The translations under genes and the position numbers were made by a program. Of a stretch of DNA of 61,414 nucleotides, positions 9,204 through 18,343 are shown in pieces. Location: assembly GCA_027451365.1 (NCBI GenBank), contig DAIDJN010000017.1:1-61414 (forward strand). The letters run 5' to 3'. The notes under the pieces were generated by a model. It was given only the letters and a program-made list of their open reading frames with translations, was not told the origin of the DNA and made no database searches. The stretch comes from Phycisphaerales bacterium. Lineage in GTDB: Bacteria; Planctomycetota; Phycisphaerae; WQYP01. Position 1 is the stretch's first letter. Each line of letters begins with the position of its first letter.

Positions 9204-9779
9204 ATGATGTTGCGTCGCGCCACTATCGCCGATGTCCCCCGAATCGCCCAACTTATTTCGCATTTCGCCGGGCGGGGGAAAATGCTGTTCCGGTCCCACG
9301 CGGAGCTTTACGAAACACTGCGCGATTTTACGGTCATTGAATTGCCGGATCAACCGGGGATTGTGGCGGGCGTTTGTGCGCTGGAAATTGTCTGGGCGGA
9401 CCTTGCCGAGGTCAAAAGCCTGGCCGTGGCGCCGGAATATCAGAAGCGAGGCCTGGGCCGGCAACTGGTGCAGGCGGTAATTCAGGAAGCACGCGATCTG
9501 CAAATCCAACGGATTTTCGCGCTTACTTATGAAGCGGATTTCTTTAGCCGATTTGGGTTTCAAGTGGTCAATCGCGAGGCGCTGCCGCTGAAAGTCTGGA
9601 GCGATTGCATCAAATGTCCCAAGCGGGACGGCTGCGACGAAACGGCCATGGTGTTGGATGTACTGCCTCGTCCGGTGCTGGCTGCTCAGGATGCGGATTC
9701 AACGGTGAATCTGCATGATGACGTGCCGACGCGGCTTGTCAGCATAAATATGCCGCGACGAAAACCCGGTATGTTATGA
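9204..9779 (+). CDS. argA: GNAT N-acetyltransferase, short ArgA-type N-acetylglutamate synthase
   Basis: MLFRSHAELYETLRDF, LAEVKSLAV, QKRGLG, IFALTY, LPLKVWSDCIKCPK..CDE. Confidence 0.75.
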   Translation: MMLRRATIADVPRIAQLISHFAGRGKMLFRSHAELYETLRDFTVIELPDQPGIVAGVCALEIVWADLAEVKSLAVAPEYQKRGLGRQLVQAVIQEARDLQIQRIFALTYEADFFSRFGFQVVNREALPLKVWSDCIKCPKRDGCDETAMVLDVLPRPVLAAQDADSTVNLHDDVPTRLVSINMPRRKPGML

Positions 9780-9783
9780 TCCA

Positions 9784-10665
9784 TCAGGCCGAAAATATGC
9801 TTTTGCGTTTACGCAGCACCAACAGCAAGCCGATGGCGCCAGTCGCACAAAGTGCCGCAGATGCCGGTTCGGGCGTCGAAACGGATGCGGTAAATTCGGT
9901 GACAGGCAGCGTATAAGGATTGGTATTGCCATACCCGTTTATTGCGTAAATACCAACATTTAATCCGCTACCGCTTACGTTGGACGGTGCAGCCGTGGTG
10001 TAAGTGTTCGACCAGCGGGCGGTCGTGTCGCTGACCGTTTCGAGCCAATTTCCGTTTGTTCTGGAAATTGCAGTCACAATGATATCGCCAGCGGTAAACG
10101 TTTCCCCATTTGATGGGCCGCCGACATCAGAGCCGGTGTTATTTGTCTGCACGAACGAGGCAGCGGGAGTAGAACTGTTTGTGGTCTTGGTATTGAACGC
10201 GATGTATCCATCCCGCAATGTGGCCGTGGCGGATGTGCCGACATAGACACCGAACTGGTTATAATTATTCCCGATATTACTCCCGGTCGGAAAACTGAAC
10301 GTCGCGGAAACACTGAAATTCTGGATGCCGGTATAGCCAAGTGAGTTTAGATTGACACCCAGAGCTTCGAGGGTTCCCAGGTTTTGCGAACCGTTAAAAT
10401 CCGATGCGCTGTTGGCGGTAACCGAAAGATTGCCTGGCGACGCGGCCGTATTCAACGTCAGATTCGGATCCTTGGTAGCGATTGATCCGCCGGTTCCGGA
10501 AAGCCGCGCGGTAAAACCAGTGCCGTTGCCGACGGAATCCTGAATTGTTCCGGCGACAGCACTTGAGAAATTCAGATTTATTGCGCCAGCGCGAATTGTC
10601 GTGGAAACAAATCCAGTCGCACCCGCTGCCAAAATGATCGCCGCGATGTTTTTAATAGGGTACAT
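9784..10665 (-). CDS. PEP-CTERM sorting domain protein, Ser/Thr/Asn-rich beta-sandwich
   Basis: Signal peptide; C-terminal TPEPASAALCATGAIGLLLVLRKRK; RBS GAGGAG before ATG 10665. Confidence 0.9.
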   Translation of the reverse strand: MYPIKNIAAIILAAGATGFVSTTIRAGAINLNFSSAVAGTIQDSVGNGTGFTARLSGTGGSIATKDPNLTLNTAASPGNLSVTANSASDFNGSQNLGTLEALGVNLNSLGYTGIQNFSVSATFSFPTGSNIGNNYNQFGVYVGTSATATLRDGYIAFNTKTTNSSTPAASFVQTNNTGSDVGGPSNGETFTAGDIIVTAISRTNGNWLETVSDTTARWSNTYTTAAPSNVSGSGLNVGIYAINGYGNTNPYTLPVTEFTASVSTPEPASAALCATGAIGLLLVLRKRKSIFSA

Positions 10666-10750
10666 AAGATCTCCTCTGGGGCCTCTGGCCCTCAACACGT
10701 TGAACACCACAAATTACCGGCACACCCGGCAAATATGATTAACTAGGTTT

Positions 10751-10779
10751 AGTATATAACATTTAATAAATACTGTCAA
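10751..10779 (-). promoter_or_regulatory. sigma70 promoter of PEP-CTERM gene
   Basis: TTGACA (10779..10774)-17 nt-TATACT (10756..10751). Confidence 0.75.
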
Positions 10780-11153
10780 GTCTTTTTCTTAAGTATTTTC
10801 ATTTTTTCGGTTATCGGTCGTATAGCCTGCTCCAATTGAACATCCCACAATTCCGACCGTTCAAATTACCCACTGTTGGACGGCCCGCCCGTCAATCCTG
10901 CGTCTGCAGTTAAACCCCATCATCACTCCACGATTTCGTGCAGCTATACATAACCCCCCGCGTCGGCGAGCCACTGAAGGCAGGACCCCGTTGTGGCCTT
11001 TGTGTGAATTCCAACACGAGCCCACCAGTCGGCGAGCCATCAGATTGCAGGCTGATCCCGATAAATTGGAATACACGTATTTTGGTAACTAGTTTTTTTC
11101 CTGTTGGTCGCCCACAAACTTTTTGATTTCATTCGGTACCGTGTGTCGGTCGC

Positions 11154-13643
11154 TTAAGGCCGGCCAAATTCCCCGGCCTTCACCGTCCTACAGCCATACA
11201 GCCCGCCGGCCATCATGCCGGTGTGCGCTTGAAGCCGGACGGTCACTTCGGCCCGGCCTTTGGTCAGGCGTTCCGGTATTTGCCACTCCTGGTGAAAAAA
11301 CTTATCGGGCCGCGTGAAGTTCAATATCTGTGTTGCGATTTGATGATTATCCACCAGCACGTCAAACACGCGGCCAAAAGCATCGGAACCCCAAAACGTC
11401 ATGACAAGGGTCATCGGCGTCGTGGGCAGAACCTTCATATTAAAGCTAAACCCTCCTCCATGGGAGGCATCCCGCCAAGTCTTGCCTCTGAACCGGCCGG
11501 TATTGCTGTTTTGCACATTCCGCAAGTCATGCCGCTTTTCGGAACCCGGATTCCCCGGCTTGAAGTAGTCGACCGTATTTTTCGACAAATTCTGTCTAAA
11601 TTCCTTCGCTTCTTTCTCTTGCTCTTGCCGCTGCATCCATTGCTTTTCAGTCACATTATCAAAATAAACCGCGTAGCGTTCATGGGCGACTTTATAAAAT
11701 GGGACAAGCTTAACATCCCGCGGGCGTCCGGCACCATGGGTGTGCCAGACCAGCGGCTCGACGGGATCAGGCTTTATCCACGAATCAATCGCTTTTCCGG
11801 ATATAACCATCACCGGTACGGTTTGGGGATCCGGCACGCTGGCCCACTGGTATTGATTTCCATTTGCATAGGGCACAGGTGGCAGCATCATATCTGTGCC
11901 CAGAACCGCAGCCAGCACAACCGGACCGCTGAGAATGGCAAAGGTGGAGGGATGATGCGGCATGGGTTCAATTCGCAATGGAGTCCGCAATTCAATTTCG
12001 AGCAAATCGCCATTGGCCCATTGTCTTGATAGCTCAAGATATGTCCCGGGAGCGCCGGCATCAATAGATTTGCCATTCAGCTTCACCTTCATGGCCGGGG
12101 TGGACCAAAAGGGGTGCCGCAACTTTATTGTCGCCAGCACCGGTTGCCCGCATGCAACGTGCATTCGAACGGCATTTTCGGCAGGAAAGCGCGTCTCCTG
12201 ACGAATAGTTAAACCCATTTCTTTCCAACGCAGTTCCGAGGCCATATAAAGGTTCACCCACAGCGTATCCGCGCTGTGGTAGTAAATGCCCCGCGCATAT
12301 TTGGCGTGGTTCTCCATACCCGTGCCGACGCAGCACCAGCAGGAATCCCAAGGAGTGCAGAACGTTTTAAAATGCCCGGGCCGCATAGAAAGGTAATATG
12401 TCATCATGCCGGTGGCCGGGTCCTGGGAGCCTAAAATGTGATTGACCAGACCGCGTTCGAAAAAATCAGCGGCTTCCATGGTGGCGTTCCAGCAGAAATA
12501 ATGGTTGGTCAATTTGAGAATATTATAGGTGCAGCAGCTTTCAGCCGATCCAACGGAAAGTTGCCGCCAGGCATCCCCCAGCGGAAAGAAAAATTCATGG
12601 TTTGAATTACCGCCAAAGACATAAGACCGCCGACGGGCCACCGATTGCCAGAAGAATTCCGCTCCGGCGCGATAGTGCCGTTTGCCCGACAGCTCATATT
12701 GACGTGCGATGCCGATGACGCGCGGAATATATTGATTGGAATGGGTTCCGGTCAGAATGTCTTTTCCGTGCATCAGCGGGTCAAGTTGGGATTTTTCATT
12801 AAACTGTTCGGCCAGTTTCAAATATTTTTTGTTTCCCGTAATGGCATAGACATCCGCAAGCACTTCGTTCATTCCGCCCTGTTCGCTGATCAGCATGGTC
12901 TGCATCTGGGCGGGGCGCAGAGCCTTTGGAAATTGCGCGGTCCATTCCGTCATGCCAATTAGAATATTCTTTGCCTGATCACTGCCGGTATAAAGACAGG
13001 CATCGCGCAGACCCGCCATTACTTTATGCACCACATACCAGACTCCACCAATGCCATTAAAGCTAAAACTGAAAAGCGCGTGCGGATCACCGACATTTAT
13101 TTTACCCGCCAAGGCCATTTTAAAAGCATTCCGGGCACCTGAAACGCCAAAACAATAACCGCGAAATTGCGCATCCTTGCGCCCGTTTGCCGCCTGGCAT
13201 TCCGCAAGACGGGGGAGCAGATAGTTAATCTTTTCAAGCAGACGATGGTCTCTGGTGTGGGAATACATCATGGATGCGGAAGAAAGAAAGTGGCCGCATA
13301 TATGCCCGGCACACCCGCCATTTTCCCATCCGCCCAAACTCGGCGCTTTGGCGGGCAGTCCGGAAACCTTCTGAAATGGTGCCAGCAGGCGATCGCAATC
13401 AAAGGCCAGCAGATAATTCAGATCGCGAATCATATTTTCGTGAAATGGCCCCGGCCTGATGGTTATATCAGAAAGATTGAATTCGTAACATTTCATTGGA
13501 ACGGCGGCATTTCCCGCGGAACCGGGCTGGTTAAATTCTTCCACGCTTGCAGTGACTGAACGGACAATGGCCATCCCGACGCCGCCTGCAATGGCGGATT
13601 GCAAGGCCTGGCGTCTTGTGATTTTTTCGCCGCCTGAAACCAT
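11154..13643 (-). CDS. GH127/GH146 beta-L-arabinofuranosidase-like hydrolase, Tat-exported
   Basis: ITRRQAL Tat motif; LGGWE, GHICGHFLS, EQGGMNE, AESCCTYN, WCCVGTGMENH; C-terminal WRDA..GGGFSF..TFWGSD..R.FD domain; start 13643 or 13673. Confidence 0.9.
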   Translation of the reverse strand: MVSGGEKITRRQALQSAIAGGVGMAIVRSVTASVEEFNQPGSAGNAAVPMKCYEFNLSDITIRPGPFHENMIRDLNYLLAFDCDRLLAPFQKVSGLPAKAPSLGGWENGGCAGHICGHFLSSASMMYSHTRDHRLLEKINYLLPRLAECQAANGRKDAQFRGYCFGVSGARNAFKMALAGKINVGDPHALFSFSFNGIGGVWYVVHKVMAGLRDACLYTGSDQAKNILIGMTEWTAQFPKALRPAQMQTMLISEQGGMNEVLADVYAITGNKKYLKLAEQFNEKSQLDPLMHGKDILTGTHSNQYIPRVIGIARQYELSGKRHYRAGAEFFWQSVARRRSYVFGGNSNHEFFFPLGDAWRQLSVGSAESCCTYNILKLTNHYFCWNATMEAADFFERGLVNHILGSQDPATGMMTYYLSMRPGHFKTFCTPWDSCWCCVGTGMENHAKYARGIYYHSADTLWVNLYMASELRWKEMGLTIRQETRFPAENAVRMHVACGQPVLATIKLRHPFWSTPAMKVKLNGKSIDAGAPGTYLELSRQWANGDLLEIELRTPLRIEPMPHHPSTFAILSGPVVLAAVLGTDMMLPPVPYANGNQYQWASVPDPQTVPVMVISGKAIDSWIKPDPVEPLVWHTHGAGRPRDVKLVPFYKVAHERYAVYFDNVTEKQWMQRQEQEKEAKEFRQNLSKNTVDYFKPGNPGSEKRHDLRNVQNSNTGRFRGKTWRDASHGGGFSFNMKVLPTTPMTLVMTFWGSDAFGRVFDVLVDNHQIATQILNFTRPDKFFHQEWQIPERLTKGRAEVTVRLQAHTGMMAGGLYGCRTVKAGEFGRP

Positions 13644-13770
13644 CCGTGAAACCTCTGGAATGATATACAACAAATCGTACCAATCTCATCGAACGGAAAG
13701 GCAGCGTTATGATTGCGCCGATCCGGCCCCAACAGGCCGATTCAAATCAGGGCATTTGTGATCCAGAATG

Positions 13771-14799
13771 TTAATATGTTCCGGTCTCCGGCGGGTGAAC
13801 CTGATGGTCATTGTTCCAATCCATGTTCATCTGGCCGCCGCCCTGATTCGGATTCACCTGAACCAGTTCCTTCTGCGAATGAATCGACACGTGTCCATCC
13901 GCCCAGACCACGTTTGAATCGCCCCCATGAATTGCCCCGGGCCATTCGGCCCATTGTACAATTCCAGGTATACTGGTTTGCGGCAACGGAATATTGCTGC
14001 GTGTCGGATCGGAATTATAGATAAATGTATAGCTCGGGTTTCCGTGGGTGGCATCATCAATCCGATCGGTTATCGCAATCATCGCCGCCGGATCAATGAC
14101 TGCCGATTCAGGTACCTGAGCGTAGCCTCCCGCGGTTCCGGTGAAAGTAACACCGATATCGCCTCCCAGCCCCTGACCGTAGGATGACGTCCCCGGAAGC
14201 GGAAACCCACCCAGCGTTCCCCAATCGTTGTAACCATAAGAAAAGGCGGGAAGCGAAAGTTGCGGACCTTGCGTGGCGATCCAATTGCCGCCCAAATAAA
14301 GCACTTCCTGTCCATTCTGATATCCAAAGCCGCGGAGAAGTGTACCGCGACCATAGCCGGCGGGAATGACACCCGAACTGGGGACGGGCCAGACATAGCC
14401 TATATAATCCATGTCAATGGTACGCGACGGGCAGTAAAATAATTTAGCCGATCCCGGTCCCATCATTGTCATAAGTCGCGGCACCCAACAGCAGAAATTA
14501 TTGGATGGACCGGTTCCATCCACCACCTCATCGCCGGGATAGAATCCCTTCCATGTCTGCAGGTATTCCTGCATTGCCTGCCCCATTGAACGCTCATTGG
14601 AGCCACAGGCCACGCGATTGGCAGCGCTTTTGGCGGCGGCTAAAGCTGGCAAAAGCAGCGCGATTAATAGAGCGATAATCGAGATCACGACCAGAAGCTC
14701 TATCAGTGTAAAACCCTGAGACGCGCGGCCAGATCGGGACGGAATGTGGTTGAAATTGGGCACAACAAACTCCATTATTTTATTCATCCGGCTTTGCAC
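13771..14799 (-). CDS. Prepilin-type N-terminal cleavage/methylation DUF1559 protein with H-X9-DG motif
   Basis: [53 protein letters not shown]; start may be 14787 or 14775. Confidence 0.92.
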   Translation of the reverse strand: MQSRMNKIMEFVVPNFNHIPSRSGRASQGFTLIELLVVISIIALLIALLLPALAAAKSAANRVACGSNERSMGQAMQEYLQTWKGFYPGDEVVDGTGPSNNFCCWVPRLMTMMGPGSAKLFYCPSRTIDMDYIGYVWPVPSSGVIPAGYGRGTLLRGFGYQNGQEVLYLGGNWIATQGPQLSLPAFSYGYNDWGTLGGFPLPGTSSYGQGLGGDIGVTFTGTAGGYAQVPESAVIDPAAMIAITDRIDDATHGNPSYTFIYNSDPTRSNIPLPQTSIPGIVQWAEWPGAIHGGDSNVVWADGHVSIHSQKELVQVNPNQGGGQMNMDWNNDHQVHPPETGTY

Positions 14800-14969
14800 A
14801 AAAATATTAAATAACCGCTTATCTATGAATGATGAAATCGCAGATCATCGTACGTTTCCGCGATTAATACAGATGACGGCCCTCACGGTCACATGGGCAA
14901 CAGGGTAATGAAGGCTCGTCTGTGTGACCGCCAGGTCATTAGTCCCCGATACATAACACAACTTAGTTT

Positions 14970-14998
14970 ATTTTATTGAAAGGTACCCGCCATGTCAA
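14970..14998 (-). promoter_or_regulatory. sigma70 promoter of DUF1559-GH127 operon
   Basis: TTGACA (14998..14993)-17 nt-TAAAAT (14975..14970). Confidence 0.7.
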
Positions 14999-15369
14999 GT
15001 TCGCAGCAATCCCGTCTGACCGGATCTGATGACCTTGCACATTGCGCGCCTGGCCCTTTAGACCTGGCCCGATTGCAGGACCCGACTTCAGAAGCATCCC
15101 GATGCGTCCGCAAATTTCAGATAAAGGTCCAATCATTTACCTGGTGAGCTATGGCCTTGGCTTGATCAAACAATGCAGCGTATCGCAATAATCCGCCATT
15201 GCCGTCGCGTACCGGCGCTGCCAAGACAAATACACCAGCCGCAAAAAAAACAAATGGGCGGCTTAAATGTGACCGAATCTTCTTTGAGGCTGGTTGTTCC
15301 GGCGGTTTTATGCTCCAATATATCGCTGATGTCCGCGGCATGAACCCGCGGTATGGAAAGGAGTGCGTT

Positions 15370-16491
15370 GTGAATCGCGCCGGTTTGGCAGCCAAAGTTA
15401 CGAGTGTGGTGGTAAAGATAGGAACCAATGCCCTGTCCGGAGCCGACGGGCGACTGGACCTGTGCGTTATCAACGCGCTGGCAAAAGACGTCGCCGCACT
15501 GCACAAATCGCGCAATCTGCGAATCACTCTGGTTTCCAGCGGCGCGATCGGTGCGGGCATGACGGAAATGAATCTGTCCGTCCGCCCCAAAGATTTGCCG
15601 ATGCTGCAGGCCGCCGCGGCAATCGGGCAAAGCCTTCTTATGAATCACTTTGCCAATGCCCTGCGGCCACACGGCCTATGTGCCGGGCAAATTCTGGTAA
15701 CCCGGCAAGATTTCGAAGACCGCCTGCGCTATCTGAATCTGCGTAATTGCATTACCGCGCTGCATCAATCCCGCGGGATTCCGATCATCAATGAAAATGA
15801 CGCCGTTGCGGTCGATGAAATCCGTTTTGGCGACAATGATATGATCGCCGCACAAGTGACAAATCTCCTGCGCGCCGATCTGCTGATTTTGCTTTCCGTG
15901 GTGGATGGCCTGCTGGACGCCAATGGCGATGTGCGGGGAATTATTGAAGATGTGGATGAATCTGTTACCGGAATGGTCCGGCCTGAAAAAAGCAGCCGCG
16001 GATCCGGCGGCATGGGTGGAAAACTTTTTGCGGCCGGCACGGTTCAGACCGCGGGCGAGCCGGTCATTATCGCCAACGGCAAAACGCCGGGCATTGTGGG
16101 CAAACTGCTGGCAGGCGAGGAACTCGGTACACTGCTGTTACCTGGAAAACGCAAACTTTCCGCGCGTAGCCGCTGGATTGGTCTGACCGCTCGGCCGCGC
16201 GGTTCACTGATTGTGGATGCCGGTGCGGCCAAAGCACTGTGCAACAACAAATCGCTGCTGGCCGGGGGCATCGTTTCAAGCGAAGGGGATTTTTCGCGCG
16301 GCGACCCGGTCGCTATTTTGGATCAGCAGGGACAGCGACTGGCAATCGGTCTGACGAATTACAGCCGGGCTGATGTGGAACTTATACGCGGTCACAAATC
16401 CCGGGAATTTTCGCGTCTGTTGGGAACCCCGACATGGTATGACGAAGTCGTGCATCGGGATGACCTGGTGCTGCACAAATCAGTCGCCTGA
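15370..16491 (+). CDS. proB: Glutamate 5-kinase with PUA domain
   Basis: VVKIGT, VSSGAI, AAAIGQ, PIINENDAV, FGDND, GGMGGK, C-terminal PUA; GTG start after AAGGAG. Confidence 0.96.
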   Translation: MNRAGLAAKVTSVVVKIGTNALSGADGRLDLCVINALAKDVAALHKSRNLRITLVSSGAIGAGMTEMNLSVRPKDLPMLQAAAAIGQSLLMNHFANALRPHGLCAGQILVTRQDFEDRLRYLNLRNCITALHQSRGIPIINENDAVAVDEIRFGDNDMIAAQVTNLLRADLLILLSVVDGLLDANGDVRGIIEDVDESVTGMVRPEKSSRGSGGMGGKLFAAGTVQTAGEPVIIANGKTPGIVGKLLAGEELGTLLLPGKRKLSARSRWIGLTARPRGSLIVDAGAAKALCNNKSLLAGGIVSSEGDFSRGDPVAILDQQGQRLAIGLTNYSRADVELIRGHKSREFSRLLGTPTWYDEVVHRDDLVLHKSVA

Positions 16492-17865
16492 TTCATGCAA
16501 CCGCCCGCCGATTTGGCCGGCATCTGCCGCGACCCCGATGACCTCCGGCGGCGAATAGGCGATGCGGCGCGAATATCCGGATGCCATAAACGCCAGCACC
16601 AGTGCAAAACCAGCGAATAAGGCCGGGTCCAGCGTGCGACCGTAATTGGCCGCATGGGGACCGAATATTTTTATCAGATCGGATGTCAGCATCATCAGCA
16701 CGGCGGCCACCGCCAGGGCCATCATGGACAGAATGCGTCCAATGCGCGGCGCTTCGCGGTCGCTGGCCACCATGGCCGCAGCCATGAGCGTGAATATCAG
16801 CGTAACATAATGCGGAACCCAGCTCCACTCCTCCGCCCAAAGCATAAATGCCGCCACGGCACCGATTTCCAGAACATAGCGACGGCAACGGAGCGTCGGC
16901 AATTTGCGCCGCATCCAGACGAGTCCTACGCATCCAATCCCGACCAGCACAAAGCGGATCACGCGCTGCGCGCTGGCTGGTGACAGATCAAAAAGATTCA
17001 CATAATAATTTCTGGCATGTCCGTGCGGATACGCCACAAACGCGGGAACATGGGCCAGCAGCCGCAGCAGAAAACTTGGAATTGATTCACCCGAGGGTAC
17101 CTTGACGGCGCTATGGAGGATATAGGGCCGAATCATGATGTCAAAATACTGATGATTCCAGAGCATGGATTGCGCCGGCCCGAAGCAAACCGCCAGCGGA
17201 ACAAACAGCCAAAACGGTATTCCCAGCGCCATAGCCGCCGCCACGCGCCAGCGCCGCCGCCATAGAAAATACACGACGAATATGATCGGCGTGACTTTAA
17301 TCGCGACAGCCATAGCCAGCATCAGACCGGCGAGCCAGTCCGCCTTTACCGTCTCCTTTTGCGCCAGCCAAAGCCCCACCGCCATGGGCGTGAGCATAAG
17401 CAGATTGACCTGCCCTTCCTGCATGTCACCAATCACGGGCCAGAACCAGACGGCCAGCAGCAGCGTCATGGGCACAACCGCAATGGGCACCGCGCTTTTA
17501 CGAACAATATCCAGCGCGCTATAAAAAATGATGGCCAGCAGCACAGGTTTGAAAAATGCCCATGCGAACTGCGCGGCGGGAAAAGACAGGAGCGAAAATG
17601 GGGAAAAAAGCACAATTGTGAAGGGCGGCATTGGCCAAAGATCGTTTTTAAAATTCGCATGATGATGCAGAAACCCCGGCAGCATTCGGAGCCAGCGGTT
17701 AAAGTCATTAATATCCAGCGGATTGGCCAAGGCCAGGTCTTTGACCTCTTTGTGCCAGGCCTGAATGCCCACCACCAGAGCCATCACCATCACAGCGCCC
17801 CAGATCGCCACGGTCACCCAGGGAATTTGCCGGTTGCGCGGATTTTTATGCAACATTCTTTCCAT
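16480..17865 (-). CDS. GT87-like (DUF2029) polytopic membrane glycosyltransferase
   Basis: DF..W, PMPPF, EGQVNLL, AVAIKVTP, SWVPHY; multiple TM segments. Confidence 0.75.
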   Translation of the reverse strand: MERMLHKNPRNRQIPWVTVAIWGAVMVMALVVGIQAWHKEVKDLALANPLDINDFNRWLRMLPGFLHHHANFKNDLWPMPPFTIVLFSPFSLLSFPAAQFAWAFFKPVLLAIIFYSALDIVRKSAVPIAVVPMTLLLAVWFWPVIGDMQEGQVNLLMLTPMAVGLWLAQKETVKADWLAGLMLAMAVAIKVTPIIFVVYFLWRRRWRVAAAMALGIPFWLFVPLAVCFGPAQSMLWNHQYFDIMIRPYILHSAVKVPSGESIPSFLLRLLAHVPAFVAYPHGHARNYYVNLFDLSPASAQRVIRFVLVGIGCVGLVWMRRKLPTLRCRRYVLEIGAVAAFMLWAEEWSWVPHYVTLIFTLMAAAMVASDREAPRIGRILSMMALAVAAVLMMLTSDLIKIFGPHAANYGRTLDPALFAGFALVLAFMASGYSRRIAYSPPEVIGVAADAGQIGGRLHESGD

Positions 17866-17892
17866 GTATTTCTTTCGATTCCGCGAAGCGAA

Positions 17893-18282
17893 TCAGCGGG
17901 TCAGATAGCTTGGCCGCCCCACATTCACCCACAGGCTGATTCCGGACATCTGATAAAGTGTGCCATTCATATCGGGGCTTTTCGTGTTTAAATCCGGATG
18001 CCCGGTAATTTCCACATGATCTCCAGCCGAATAGCCGCGCAAAAGGCTTGCAGGCCGGAGCACAAATCTTCCGCCATAGGCATTGTTTCCATTGCGCGTT
18101 CCAAACAGAATGATCCATTCGCCCGGGTTACCGGGGGACGGTTCCAACTGACCAAACACGACGGAATAATCTGGCGAAGCCCACCCGTAAGTGGCTATCG
18201 GATAATCGTACCGCGAGCCGCAGCCCGCCGGAATCAGCAGGCCAAGAACTGCAAAAATAATCATCATGCTGCGCAGAATCAT
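17893..18282 (-). CDS. Hypothetical lipoprotein
   Basis: LLIPAGC lipobox; YGWASPDYSVVFGQL...YGGRFVL...GDHVEITG. Confidence 0.7.
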   Translation of the reverse strand: MILRSMMIIFAVLGLLIPAGCGSRYDYPIATYGWASPDYSVVFGQLEPSPGNPGEWIILFGTRNGNNAYGGRFVLRPASLLRGYSAGDHVEITGHPDLNTKSPDMNGTLYQMSGISLWVNVGRPSYLTR

Positions 18283-18343
18283 TGCGTCACTATCTTTCCG
18301 CCTTACCGGGCAAAATACAGATTGCCGACATAGAAGCCAGGCT

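Noticed and set aside
10962..11039. Two 12-bp direct repeats as a mini CRISPR array
   Set aside because: Only two short units and no cas genes in the window; kept only as an unexplained repeat
15199..15369. N-terminal extension of proB
   Set aside because: Homology starts near VVKIGT, and an AAGGAG RBS precedes GTG 15370
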